A DNA stretch of 62,340 nt, filler included, from Nemertoderma westbladi (lineage: Eukaryota; Animalia; Xenacoelomorpha): the NCBI GenBank assembly GCA_032718475.1. It is 4 parts of 4 records of this genome, joined end to end, with 100 filler letters (N's around TTAATTAATTAA, not from the genome) between each part and the next. Parts side by side here need not be neighbours in the genome. Positions count along the whole stretch, not along the records: positions 43,585 to 56,453 come from JAUCBJ010008814.1; positions 56,554 to 62,340 come from JAUCBJ010004776.1; 2 more parts are not named here. One strand, 5' to 3'. Every line of letters begins with the position of its first letter. The first letter of the stretch is position 1. The translations under genes and the position numbers were made by a program. The notes under the pieces are model-generated. The model was not told the origin of the DNA. It saw only the letters and a list, made by a program, of their open reading frames with translations, and did no database searches. Shown here one piece after another: positions 47,101 to 59,344 of this stretch.

Positions 47101-47342
47101 CGGAACAATTCCTCCACGACCGACTCAATAAGCACAGACATAGTATTAGGGAAGCCCGTAAAGGCTGCGACCCAACTAGCCCCGAAATCCTTCTCCTACA
47201 ACATTTCACTAACTGTGAAATAGACAAACTGACCGTAACCTGCTTTAAACAGTTCCGCAACCACCAGCGACGAGTTCATGCAGAGTCCTGTTACATTAAT
47301 ATGATCCACCCAACTCTTAATAAAGTTATACCTTCTATGTAA
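44151..47342 (+). CDS. Penelope-like RT + GIY-YIG endonuclease polyprotein (1063 aa, uninterrupted)
   Basis: KGDKTG, KDHK, KGRPIIS, AVDVVDMFTSIPH, YLQISGAPMG, LVDD, LNYLDL, LYKKP; Cys linker CRAPRCLCC (Neptune-like); NVLYIISC..FYIGQT..RLNKH..E. Confidence 0.93.
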   Translation: MNTPRKTSFRLIQNLSLTPRAANDVRMCLKIRIHQARTKYQIQYFKSARESNFPPSFIVPRISQILKFYPSLYNGLLARVFRTEISDRFSRLRKLKREFKYHLNRVQASARYNTDSINFLNYWLPVVEDREIDVTCYRLDYKYSFDCGYETMDNILRPPSHPDTNRRFNVKDIAPEDAQATNPFPQAQAPVTNLSSITLDKDQHDLLGLGFTFIPNRGITNTDRFDSHVDMAIAATKLRNRCRRLADHIPPPTNGNHGSYPTILTPTHRPILPPTDTFAGALPGQPPNSAINKPSTRKSAQRCLFPALNTEQTSDVEPAPPMAPTHTYIPTTPLNDPHNLPSHPPPSRGPCTLLDTPSSRTRSKTRTPTTRTLPRVTKLNTITEQPNIDPEPPDPPFYRHARYVAPRADDPGIESLIYDLHKTTNSINLQRYNNQHPPNLNKSQLTALQSLKKIKDVSFLKGDKTGNIILLDTADKHFEILRILNDTTTYEQLTKDPTARFRVKCRALLRELSLRNPELQTHLFPNTFTTGHIFISLKDHKPKEEWIQHPNGKLIPKGRPIISNTDAFFSPLSKLMHFYLHPLVTNSSNYLCSSLHLKHTMPTHLNNSSCTLIAVDVVDMFTSIPHELGLQATMQTLTEDPSLPHRSIFTPYQLCLILRFLLYHNFFRYSDKFYLQISGAPMGGSHSGDYAVIASCRVLKRALNTTLYSAQYFKTLVDDSIVEFDRELNTNELSGLKTSLNQACLELYNTNSIQFTIEHSYSTLNYLDLTIYRQDDKLLTHLYKKPMSNKLPILYASFHHKPTLLAVVKAEILRYRRLTDSDNLFNVTRHNYLELCKLRGYPLNFLLSMYLWKPAKQLPTTYTTIQQTYPPPIYIPTTPYFLTSMSKTIARHQNHLSNIGIAIKPVPRNLPNLGQMLIRKLDPLIPVGNHQCRAPRCLCCLAITNPRKTHWNESIYGRFNCKSHNVLYIISCRTHPSDFYIGQTEQFLHDRLNKHRHSIREARKGCDPTSPEILLLQHFTNCEIDKLTVTCFKQFRNHQRRVHAESCYINMIHPTLNKVIPSM

Positions 47343-48749
47343 TGCAAAGTAATTTAACCATGTTAATCCTGCCACCCACCCGATACTAACTACCTACTGT
47401 ATGTAGACTTATTTATTAATAATTTGATACATTTATTAAGTGCAATAGCTACTGTATAAATATGCACTTAACTCAACTTAATTCCAGTAACATAATTGCT
47501 TAGTTTTAATCTTTGATATTATTTTAAATTTTCTACTGTTGGTGCAAAATAACACATATTATTAAATTTTCTAATGCTTACTATTTGGTGCAAAATAACA
47601 CATCTATTATCAAGTTCCTCAAGCCACTCACTCACCCGCAATTAACTGCCTACTGTAAAAATTATGTTTACTTAGTTATTTTTAGCATCTACTGTAAAGG
47701 TGCATCATACCCCTACTGTATAAATATGCACTTAACTCAACTTAATTCCAGTAACATATTTGCTTAGTTTTAATCTTTATTATCAAGTTAAATTAGTTCG
47801 GTAACAGTTTATACTTTCGATAATTCAAGCAGTTTACTATAGTTCTTACTAAAAGGCCGGTGTTTCTGGCTTAGACAGCAATAACAACAAAGTATCAAGA
47901 AAAAACAGTAAGACTGGACACTCTCCTTATGATCGACTAAAAGCTACACGTCGACAGGAAAAATCGCTCTGATTGGCTCAAGCCAAACAAAGAACCACAC
48001 ATCCAATGGCTGTTTCCATGTCAGCAACCAGCTGTTAGATGTCGTAATATGAATCATCACGGCTAAGCTGTGAAAGGTAGTTGGTGCATTACAGGTTTTT
48101 TGCCTTACCATGTCCACTAAAACACGTATATAGCAGAATTACTTTTATGTCCGTTAAAACACCTGTAAAGGTACCTTGCGGGCGAGGGGAATATATATAC
48201 AGTCAGAGAACCCTTTTAGAGTATTCCAGCGCCTGGGGGGGAACTGGCCAGCAAAGGCAAACGTATCAGTTATCCCACAAAAGCTTTTACAGATATTATT
48301 TTAAATTTTCTACTGTTTAAATGTTTGGTGCAAAATAACACATATATTATTAAATTTTCTAATGTTTAACTATTTGGTGCAAATTAACCCACTATTATCA
48401 AGTTCCTCAAGCCACTCACTCACCCGCAATTAACTACCTACTGTATAAATTATGTTTACTTAGTTATTTTTAGCATCTACTGTAAAGGTGCAACATACCG
48501 TACACACGGTACACGTATGCAGCCTGCTGACCGGCAGTCAGTGCTTAGGCAGTAGCGTCGTAGCCCCACCACAACTACGCAACCGCGCTACCGGTACTCA
48601 CAACGTTTAACTGTTTTAATTAGGCCCCTAATATTTCAATGTAAATTTCCCGTTATTTACTGTAAATGCTGCTTGGTAGGTACCCTAAACTTTTAAATTG
48701 AGAACTAATTTTAAATTTAATTACATTTTAACGTTATTTTATTTGAATA

Positions 48750-48791
48750 TACCGCTGAAGACGCCCGGTAGGGTGAAATGGCCATACGGTA
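48750..48791 (+). ncRNA. Minimal type I hammerhead ribozyme in the 3' pseudo-LTR
   Basis: Identical to 44038-44079. Confidence 0.8.
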
Positions 48792-51123
48792 AATAAACAA
48801 CTTCATTTCGTATATATCCACGTGGTGAAAGACCCTTCCTTGCCTTTATTAATCCTGTAATTATGAATACGCCACGTAAAACGTCGTTCCGGTTAATCCA
48901 AAACCTAAGTATAACTCTTGATATCTACTGTATGTCATAATCTAGTTCTTTTGACATTTTCTTTTTGGTAAATCTCAGTATAGAATGATCCGCTTCATCC
49001 ACATGTGATAAGGTAGGTTCAATATTCCTGTTTGGTTGGGTTATTAGCATATAGCTATTGAATGCGTAGATTTCTTACAATTCATGGAACTTAAATTCGT
49101 TTATACAGTAGTTTGCTTGGCATTACCTAGGTAAACTCCGAGGTCAACCTGTAGGGGAGTCTGATGACTCTAGTCCCGACCCGTTAACTAGTACCGGCCC
49201 GCTAACCACATTTTATCTATTGACTTTTGAATATGATCAATTTTTGAGATTTTACAAGCTATTTTTTTTACCAGATACAATACAGTAGTTACTGTTTTTT
49301 CCAGGTGGCCCCCATAATATCATATGAATGTTCGAACTAGTCATTTTAGAATTTTTTACAGTAATTGCTAGGCTTCCTAATTAATTCGATTAGCTATCAT
49401 CAACTGTTATATTTCTAGAGAACTACAAGTCCCATTTAAATACAGAGACCTGGAAACTCACTAGCTATTCCATGAAGAAAACACTAAATGTGAGTAATCA
49501 TAGGCCTAACTAATGATCAATAACTAATAATCATAACTAATGATCATCATTAGTTATGAATTCCAAACCCAATTCTCCATATCGAAAAGATCACCCAAGA
49601 AAAAGTACTGTTGTACCCAACTCAAAATTTGGAATATTATAAATATTATTATATCGTATGTTGGAACGCAGGAACATACTATACTGTACAGTAGAATCCA
49701 CTCTAATCTACTGTACTTTGCTAGGTTATGCACTTTATCTGTACTATCCCCTTACGGTATCGATTTATGAAGACGGGTACAATAAAATAAGATGCACAGT
49801 AGGCCTACAGTAGAAAGGAGCTAAACTGGAAATAACAAATATAGTTACCGTAGAAACATCACCTAAATGTTATAATCGCTGAAATTTGTAATATTTAATA
49901 ATTATGTTAACACGTAAACATGTCAGGTTAGGACATAAATATCAGCCCAATTTAGATTCTTAACCTTGTCTAAAGTTACAGAAAGGCCACGCTAATAAAA
50001 TAAACATAATTTAACTAACTTTGGTGCATATTTTGTAACTAATTGTATAATTAAAGGTGTTTGAAATCGAAACACTAAACTTGAATGCCCTCTCCATAGC
50101 AACAGGATCTAAAAATCAGACAAAAAAGATTGTCATTATTTCGTAAATGAACTCTATATTGACTTTGTAGAAGATTTCAATCCATTATGACATGCTGTTT
50201 TGGAGTTGCTATGCTTTAAATGATAATTACGTGGTCCTTAGCAACTAGGTAGTTATTTCAAAATGCCCAAAGTCAAAAATTTTAAAAACGCCATTTCCTC
50301 AATAAGTGGGACCTATAGAACTCAAAACATCAAAAAAATTGAATCCGTCCAAAAATTTTCGGTATACCATTGTGGCTGCCGGACTAATTAGTTCATAAAC
50401 AGAAATGACTTTAAAAAATTTATTCACAACCACTTAATTATTTTTACTAGTTTTTTTTCATTTAATATTATAAAAAAATATATAAATAAGAAAATTAAAA
50501 TTGACAGTTTCCAAATAGGTTTCTATTTTCAAAAATACTAACATTGATGAAAAATACATTTAATACAAGTTTTAATAAACACATAGAATAAAAAAAAATT
50601 TGAGAAAAAAAGCATTTTTCCAATTCGCTACTATTTTCAAAAATACTAGCATTCATGAAAAAATAAATTCTCCACAAAAAATATTTTATCCAAAAACACG
50701 AGCTAGTCAAAAAAGACTAGCTACCAAAAAAATTTAATATACATTTTTTGGTCGCATGATGTTCCAGAAGACAAAGAACACAAGCTAGTACCGTTACAAA
50801 AAGAGGGTGGGTCACCAATAGCAGAAAAGTACCAATAAAAAGAGGTGTTTTAACTAAAAATTAATAGCTATAATTATCTGATAGAAGATATAGTAATTGT
50901 TCTAGAACAATAAAAACAATACTGATAATATATTACATAGGCCTATTATAGGCAAACAAAGATAGAAAAAGTGCCAACATGGAAACTTTACCGGTAATGC
51001 CTTAATAAGTATACATGCATCAACACATTTAAGTAGCTACAATTGCTTATGAATTCTGGAATTCAAATATATTGTGTACAAGACAACGCACATTATTTAC
51101 ATATAATTAGTAAATGTCTTCTA

Positions 51124-51144
51124 CCATGGAATACTAAATATACA

Positions 51145-51184
<40 letters not shown>

Positions 51185-51217
51185 TGTATGTATACATGTA
51201 TATTTAGTATTCCATGG
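51124..51217. repeat. Inverted repeat around a (TA)n tract
   Basis: CCATGGAATACTAAATATACAT ... ATGTATATTTAGTATTCCATGG. Confidence 0.85.
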
Positions 51218-52382
51218 GATACCCCTAATGCAGTGAGCAGTAACAGAGTAACACACATGGTAACATAACAACAACGAAGCAGAAATCATCCACCCGCAGT
51301 GCAGTGCTACCGGTACTGGACCAGTACCATATCGTCTGATTGTACCCCCTAGTGGAATCCTTACAAAAAGCGCGCCGGATAACGCGCCAGATATTATGAA
51401 AATCGCGCCGCGCCTAGTAATATTGGAAATCGCGCCGCGCCAACACTCTGAACTCTATAAATTGATGTGCACCAGAAAAAATGTAGCATACAAATTAAAA
51501 TACATTCGGCGCCAGTTAAGAATATATGCACGCCAGGAACTAATTTTGTTTTGAGCTCACTTAACATGCCACATACTGTATGATACAACAATTAGGCCAT
51601 CAGCACTGTAAAAGCTTTTACTGAATTGTCCGGTTATTTTGCCTTATTTTTCCCGTAAAGTACTCTGTAGTTGGTTTACCAGGCATAAAAAGGCCGTGTC
51701 CTTGCTGTACTGGTGTTTTAGCGGACATAAGAGCTATTTCTTCTGTATTTGTACTTTAGAGGACATAATCCGTAATTCCGTGACGTAAAAGCTCGATACT
51801 CTTGAAAACAGTGTCGCTACTGTAAAAGCCTTTGCTGAATTGCCCCGTTATTTTTATTATCTTTTACATTAAAATACTCCGTAGTTGATTTAATAAGTGT
51901 AAGAGACCGTATTATTGCTGTATCTGTGTTTTTAGAGGATCTAAGACCTATTTCCTCTGTATGTGTACTGTGAAAGGCATATTTTATGATTCTATGGCAA
52001 TTCGTGACGCAAAAGGGTGATAGCTACTCTTGAACAGTAGTTACTATGACTACGGTTAACAGCTGACATTCATACGTGTTGATTTCCTTTGTTCTACGGC
52101 GTCTCTCAGCTCAGTCAGCCAATGAGAGCGTTTTTGTGGCTCCTTGTACAGAGAATTTCCGAGAAATGACGAAATGCCTATGTGCAGTGTTTATTCATTC
52201 AGTCTTGAGCCAAAGAAAGAACGGCTTGGAAGTATTTTTGTGCTGTACTGCTTTTTAGTCGTACACTGGTAGGTTTAATTATAAAGGGCATATATCCTTT
52301 AACTGCATACTGATGACTGATGTCTGCATACTGCAGTACTGCATACACTGCATACTGTGTAACATTGTGCATACTTTTATAT

Positions 52383-53053
52383 TGTTATACTGCTATTTAC
52401 CGTCAGTTCTTCATAATATGGTTGATGAATAATTATATTTGGAATAACGATAAACAACCCCGAAACCCAATATTCTTGATATACCGAAGGTAAGAGAGAA
52501 GGGTTACAGATAAACGATTGTGACTTATGTTAAAGTGGTTTGAAGTGAATCTAATGTTATTTGATAGACCCTACATGAGTCAGCCTGTGTTCCTTTTATA
52601 TGTGACTAAAATCAGTGAAGATTGGCAGATTAGTGTGCAGTATTGTGCAGCATAGTGTATGAGTGAGTCTGTTAAAGAAGCAATTCCTAAAGAATGCGCC
52701 ATATATGTGGATTATAATTAAGCCATATCGTTGGGAGTAGTTTAAGTCATAACTCTGTTTATATAGATAAAGCGCCACGTCCTAAAGGAACTGTTAATAT
52801 TACCGAAGGTGAATAATATTGTCAGAGATTATAATACTGTCAGTCGAATAATACATTAGGCTTACATAGCAATAAAAATTAAACCGTCGAACCCAATCTC
52901 CCGGGAATATCCAGCGGGTGAATGGTCGCGCACGGATTGGTTTCGACTAGTGTAGTGAATCAAATACTTGTCATAGACTAAAAAGCAGATTTATTATCTA
53001 GAAGACATTCTAATTTGGCGGGTTAAACTGCCAAAGGTCTGAAAGCGCGAACA
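52383..53053. repeat. Dispersed ~670-bp repeat, copy 2; LTR-like termini TGTT...AACA
   Basis: Reverse complement of 18218-18890; AATAAA at ~52871. Confidence 0.8.
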
Positions 53054-53429
53054 TTAAAGGATATAGCTTCTTTATTGCAGTAAGCAATAAAGTTGAAAGT
53101 ACCGGTCAACCGGTAAACTTGAACGGTACATCTGTAGGTCAGTAGGCCCAACTGCAAGAACCGGTACTGCTGTAGGCCCGTAGGTCCCACTGCTAGAACC
53201 GATACTCCTGTAGGTCAGTAGGCCTAACTGTCCTAACCGGTACTTCCTGTATAAGTACAGCAGTATTATTCGATTGTGGTATTGTATACCAGTAGGCCTT
53301 AATAATTAATCAGGGAGGGCCCGCCCTGGTTTTTTATTGAGATTTTTACTCATTTCTGTCAGTTTTATTTGTTAGTAGGCCAGTATTGAACAGAAGGCGT
53401 GTTAGCCTGATCAGATTGTACAGACAATT

Positions 53430-53995
53430 TGTAGGCTGAGCTGTTGTCTGATTGCTGTTAAGTCTGAACGGATTGCAGTGTGTGTAGAGCATCTGTCCGA
53501 TTAAGTACGGTTAGGAAGTTTGGGCAACCAATGCAGTAAGGTAAACCCCAATTAAAGAATAAGTCGCACTACTGGGTTAGAGCGCATACTCCCTAATCAT
53601 TTCGGAGTCTGCATGTCCTGTATTTTATTTAGGCTTGAGAGTAATCTGCCATCGTTTAGTCTGTACTTTGTTTGTGTAAGTCTGTACAGGTAGCGTATAA
53701 TTTTATTTGGATAACTTGTAGGCTGGATAGTTGTCTGGCTGTTATTAAGTCTGAACGGATTGTAGTGTGTGTAGAGCATCTGTCCGATTAAGTAAGGTTA
53801 GGAAGTTGAGGCAGCCAATGCAGTAAGGTAAACCCTCAATTAAAGAATAAGGCGTACTACTGGGTTAGAACGCATACTCCCTAATCGTTTCGGAGTCTGC
53901 ATATACCGTGGTTTGTTTAGGCTTGATAGTAGTCTGTCAGTATTTAGTCTGCATTTTGTTTAAGTGGTTTGTACGCGTTGCGTAATATTTATTAT
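53430..53995. repeat. Tandem duplication, ~287-bp unit x2
   Basis: AGTCTGAACGGATTG at 53461 and 53748, with co-linear flanks. Confidence 0.85.
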
Positions 53996-55313
53996 TCAGA
54001 GTTTATGCGATTATTCGCAACATTCATTCCCTAAGTTTGTTCCTACAGTAATTGTGTTTGTTATACATACCGTTATAGTTAAATTAACCCCGGTACTATA
54101 CGGGCTGTTTGGCGTAGGTAAAGACTGGTGATTTTGTGCATCGGTCACTCCAGCAGATGCCGTGGTTCTTTTAGCTGTTCAAGTATATTTAACTACTGAT
54201 TGTCTGTTATATAAGTACTCGTACCTAATTTAGGGTTTAGTGTACAGTGCTTTCCTGAAGTAATTATTGTAGCCATTATATTTGTGTTGTAAAGTGGTTG
54301 ATAGGCACATTCGATTAGCTCTATTAACTTCTAGGTAGGAACACTCCGTGATACATAACGTAGAACCTATAGCGATACGGCTATAGGTCGTCAGGCGGTG
54401 GCATTTTCCTATCTAGACAACACAGTGTATTTACTACTACTTATTATTTCAAATACCGTAGTACCCTGTCCGCTGTAATAATCAGTTTCCTAACCCTTTG
54501 TTAGGCTGGTTTGTAGACTTCTTGTAAAATTACCCTAAAAATTCGTATTTTGCGTTTTTGTAAATTTTTGTGTTTATTTAGAGATTGTAATCTCACCCGA
54601 ATTGTACGTAATTTGTAGTATTAAGTAACTTAGGTAAATTAGTATTATTTGTTTTAGTGTCCTGTACGTAACACTTCACTGAAAGCGCACCGCTTTGTGT
54701 AGTGATTACTCCCCAGAAATAATAACATTTATTTCAAACATTGACAAAACCCATTAAAACGGGTATATATATATTATAAATCAAATCTAACGATTTATAA
54801 ATCGTAGGCCTACCATACAACCATTAGGTCTCAATATCAGTTGGATTACTGCTCAAATAACGGTAATAAAGTAAGTAAAGTAACAAAGTAACCCTAAAGT
54901 AACAGAAATTCAATTATTTAAAATAATTGATATACCGGTATTTACGATAAGCCTATTATCTTTATTTCTATAAATCTAGGCTGAAATTATACCGGTACTT
55001 GTAATTAATTCTATTTCAGAATTATATATCCTACAAACTGTAAGCTGTATACCGGTACTCCGATAGGCCTATTATATATTTATATATATTTGTGCTAAAA
55101 TTATACCGGTATCCTGTGATAAACCTAGTCTGTAATAATACTTATATAGTTATATATACTATAAGTATACCGGTATTCTAATATATTATATATATATCAA
55201 GCTACACTGAGTAGCAATACCGGTAATTGATTACTAGGCTAGCAATTAATACTGAGTTACTAGACTTGCTTAGACTGTAATATAGCAGTAGGCATTCAAC
55301 TATACATACAAAT

Positions 55314-56453
55314 ATGTCTGATACTAGGCAGAACCTGTCAGACAGTTTATTAGATGTAACTATCTGCGACTCAGATAGAGACGTACAAACGTCTGGTCGT
55401 AAATCCAGTTCACCTCCCACTGTGAGGAAAGTCATCCCTCCAGTAGTAATAACAGAACCTAAGCTAGTCCAACATCGTAGGTCTATCATAGGCACTCGAG
55501 CTCAGGTCAAGCGAGACCAAAGGGCAGCGGAACAGCAACAACCCGCTAGTCAAGAACTTATTCCTCAGCGGCCCAGCAGCTCCAGTAGTGATGATACTGT
55601 AGAGCTGACACCCGAGAGAGGAGCAGAGATGACGGATGCGGTTTATACGGATCCCCTTCTCATCCTTCCTGCAGCCGTGCTCGCCGGGTTATTGATCGCA
55701 GTGGAAGAACACCAGATCGATTGGGCGAAGAGTCAACGGACAACTAGAGATAGCTACGCGGGCTACACTAGTGAAGAACTGAAGTCTATTGTCGAGTCGC
55801 AATGGAACTTCCCCGGACCCGGACTCCCGTTTGATTTATCAGAAGCTGCCTGGGAAGACATACACCGGATGGGAGTAGCCAAGGAAACCATCGATCCAGC
55901 TGTATGGAAGAGGTCCGCAGCCGGATACGCACAGGGATTCTTCAGCTCTATGGAGCGAATAGAAAAACAACTTTTTCAACAACCTCAAGGACCTCAAGAG
56001 CAGGGATCGCTGCTTTATCAAGTTAGAGAAAGGGTTCTGCGGATTAGGCTAATCTTATCCGCCTTTGAAGAGGCTTCTAAACGAAAGCAAGACACGTCGT
56101 TGCAAGTTGCCGTAAAGACTTGGTTTCAACGGGTGAGTCGCCAGGTTCAAGGAGCAGCTCAGTGGAAGGCTCAGTTGGAGGAGCGCTCAACCCATGGAGA
56201 ATCAACAGACGCTACTTTTTCCCAAGTGGAAAGTGAAGCGACGGCAGAGAAACCGCATAAGAAGGATGCCATTGATATCTATCTGTCAGACTATCAGCGT
56301 TTTGTGGGAGATGAAGAGTTGAGGAGAAGGCTAGAGGGACTTAGCCCTAATAGCGAAGGAGCCAAACTTGTGTTAGATGCGATTGATGTGGATAGGTTAG
56401 CGGCGAACCAAGCTAAATTCGATGAACAACTCCGCATCGCTAGAGAAAGAGAA
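55314..56453 (+). CDS. Unknown protein, 380 aa or longer, truncated by the gap (possibly a retroelement gag/ORF1)
   Basis: ATG start, long open frame of non-repetitive composition, GC-richer than the flanks; no motif recognised. Confidence 0.55.
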
Positions 56454-56553
56454 NNNNNNNNNNNNNNNNNNNNNNNNNNNNNNNNNNNNNNNNNNNNTTA
56501 ATTAATTAANNNNNNNNNNNNNNNNNNNNNNNNNNNNNNNNNNNNNNNNNNNN
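56454..56553. other. Artificial gap/linker
   Basis: 44 N + TTAATTAATTAA + 44 N. Confidence 0.95.
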
Positions 56554-57983
56554 TGAAATATATTACAATAACTATAATCAGAATCAAGGATAACCCTTAT
56601 TTCATCAGGCCTACGGCTACAGTATCCCCAAACGAACCTACAGCGATGTGTGTGTACGCCGGTGCATACTCCCTATAAAGGACCATCGCATGCCTGCTGT
56701 CTCCTATCCTAACTTAATTTCGATTTTATCTGTCTGTCTGTATTTGGTTTTTGGGAAATCTAGTAAAAGAAAAAGACGAACAATCCAACTGTCTGACGAG
56801 TGCAAGGTCCAGGATATAATCCACCTAATCTAAGTATAACCGAAAAGCTAGGACGTTGACGCTATTCCGGTTAGATAAGGCTGCTTTATTCCACTGCAGT
56901 ATTGGATGATAGATTGCTGGATTGGTAAAAGATAATATAAGATAACACAATAATCGATAATATACTTGCATTTTATTTTATTTCTGCAATTTGCCGTTAC
57001 ATATAATAAATAATCAATTTATCTATTTCATAAATCCTGAAATCTGACAATAGTCTAATGCTAATGACTGAATGAGATAATAAGGGTATTATCGGGCATT
57101 AATATGTAATAATACCGTATAGTTCTGTAGTTCATAAAATAGTTACTGTAGGTTAGTACAATCTGACATCTGACCAAGCATCTGACAAGCATTATATCTG
57201 TATATTAATTATAGGCTAAAATAAACTAACTAACAATCTAACCAGCTAACGGTAACAATCTAACTAACAATATAACCAGCTAACGGTAACAATCTAACAT
57301 CAGAATATTAGTGGGCAAATCCGCACATGTCAGACATGTGGGGTTGAGACTGTCAGACTGCAAACAGCTTACTGCTGTTGTACTGACTAGCTATTTTACA
57401 GCTGTCAGTCTGACTGTTCTGCATTCTGGTCACGTGGTCAGCTCACGGTCGACTCTTAATAATTAAATAATGAAAGTAATTATGTATAATGTATTTAGTG
57501 CTGCGAACTGAAATGTATTATAATGTAGGTTGGTTATTTATGCTTATACTATATTATATTAAAATATTTGAGTTACGAGGAGATGGTGAACACACTCCTC
57601 CGCTGAACTGAGTGAAACTTAGTTCAAAAAAAATATTGTCACCTCTCATCGCAGCGAATATAAACACGCACCTATACTAAAATAATAATGATTGAGCCTT
57701 CTGCCTGTTTCACTCAAAACGAAAATAATGCATCTCATTAATAAAGTATAAATAGTACAAATAGTAATACAAATAGTAATAATATATAGATCTGACACAG
57801 TCACAGACTACCTACCTTCATGTAGTTAGTTTATATAATATGGAGATGACATCGTCACTACCTACTACTTATACAACGTCACTACAGTACAGTACTATAC
57901 ATGGTCCGGTATTAGTGTTGGTTATATCCAAGGTTATGTTATTACCGGTTAAATATTGGTATTGTTTTATACCAATTCTAACC

Positions 57984-58105
57984 ATGAAGCCCTGATGCGG
58001 CTGCAATGGTAAATCTGGGCGGTGTTCAAAATGTTTTTGTGCTCGAACGCCCAGAGGATGCACCAATTGTGCTCCACAGTCTAATGGGCGTTGTCAGAAT
58101 CCCAA
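57984..58105 (+). pseudogene. Cys-rich (CXC-like) N-terminal remnant, possibly from a CRE-like non-LTR element
   Basis: MKP*CGCNGKSGRCSKCFCARTPRGCTNCAPQSNGRCQNP, read by hand; one stop; family call from recollection. Confidence 0.35.
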
Positions 58106-58410
58106 CGGGTCAATAGGTTCGCAACCACTCCCTTCCCCAACTACTGTTAGTGATGTTACGGGGCATCTTCCCAACTTGTATCCTCTGACACAGTAGCCAC
58201 AGGCGGAGGTATCGATGGGATCCCGTTTGATTCATCTATGACATTAACAGCAGGTGGAACTTTGACGTCACTGGTTCCACCCAATGTTTGTGCCCACATC
58301 TGGCTGGACTCAGCCACATCTCCGGCAAGCGCCCTTTACAACAGATCTAACGTTTACGGGGTAATGGACTATTTATTGAAACACTCTCATCTAAAAGCTC
58401 TGGATCACTC

Positions 58411-59066
58411 TGCCAAAGTTTTTGGTGGGAGCCCCCTGGTCCCCAAAGTGTCTGGTGGGAGCCACCCGATCCCCAAAGTGCCTGGTGGATGCCCCCCAAT
58501 CCTCACAGTGTCTGGTGGGAGCCCCCCAGTCTCCAAAGAGTCTGGTGGGAGCCCCCCAGTCTCCAAAGAGTCTGGTGGGAGGTCCCCGGTTCCAAAAGTG
58601 TCTGGAATTGACCCCCTGGTCTCCAAAGTGTCGGAAGTTGATTCCCTGGTCCCCAAAGTGTCTGGTGGGAACCCCCCGGTCTCCAAAGTATCTGGTAGGA
58701 GCCATCCAGTCCCAAAAGTACCTGGTGGGAGCCCCCTGGTCCCTAAAGTGTCTGGTGGGAGCCCCCCGGTCCCCAAAGTGTCTGGGGGGAGCCCCCAGTT
58801 CCCAAAGTACCTGGTGGGAGCCCCCAGTAGCCAAAGTGTCTGGTAGAAGCCCCCCCGGCCACCAAAGTGTCTGGAGTTGACCCTCTGGGCCTCAAAGTGT
58901 CTGGTGGGAGCCCCCTGGTACCCAATGTGTCTGTTGGGAGCCCCCTGGTCCCCAAAGTGTCGGGAGTTGATACCCTTCTCCTCAAAGCGTCTGGTGGGAG
59001 CCCCCCGGTCCCCAAAGTGTCTGGTGGGAGCCCCCCGGTCCCCATAGTGTCGGGAGTTGACCCCAT
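58411..59066. repeat. 30-bp GC-rich minisatellite
   Basis: CCCCAAAGTGTCTGGTGGGAGCCCCCTGGT and variants, about 22 copies. Confidence 0.93.
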
Positions 59067-59344
59067 GGTATGGTTCTCGCTTCCACCAGGAGTTTGCCCG
59101 TTGAAGTACTCTGCTGCGATAGTATGGATCCAAAGAAGGTAAAGTTGAGAATGGTGGTCGACGCTTCTGCTAAAACAAACGGGAAGTGCCTCAATGACTT
59201 TTTACTTGAAGGCCCCAAAATATACCACTTGGAGAGTTGTATATGGGTTATTGCTATTCAGAAATGGGAATCACGCCTTCACCTATGATGGAATGTTCAA
59301 TTACAAATACATAGAAGGAATGTTCAATTAGGTCTGAGTGACAG
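59067..59344 (+). mobile_element. BEL/Pao reverse transcriptase fragment (decayed)
   Basis: KVKLRMVVDASAKTNGKCLNDFLLEGP, then after shifts FRNGNHAFTYD..IEGMFN (motif A region). Confidence 0.75.

Larger units (their letters stand above)
43585..48910 (+). mobile_element. Penelope-like retroelement with pseudo-LTRs (43585-44198 and 48297-48910)
   Basis: 614-bp near-identical direct repeats (offset 4712) that include the first codons of the ORF; the left repeat is cut by the gap. Confidence 0.93.

Noticed and set aside
18218-53053. The inverted ~670-bp pair as TIRs of one giant (~35 kb) transposon
   Set aside because: The copies are in different segments separated by artificial linkers, there is no TSD, and no transposase or Polinton genes lie between them.
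58238-59142. PKVSGGSP-repeat proteins
   Set aside because: A 30-bp minisatellite open in most frames on both strands; no independent coding evidence.
59067-59344. BEL RT fragment as the missing RT of the 22361-33453 element
   Set aside because: Different segment across two artificial gaps, opposite strand, short and decayed; no evidence of a link.
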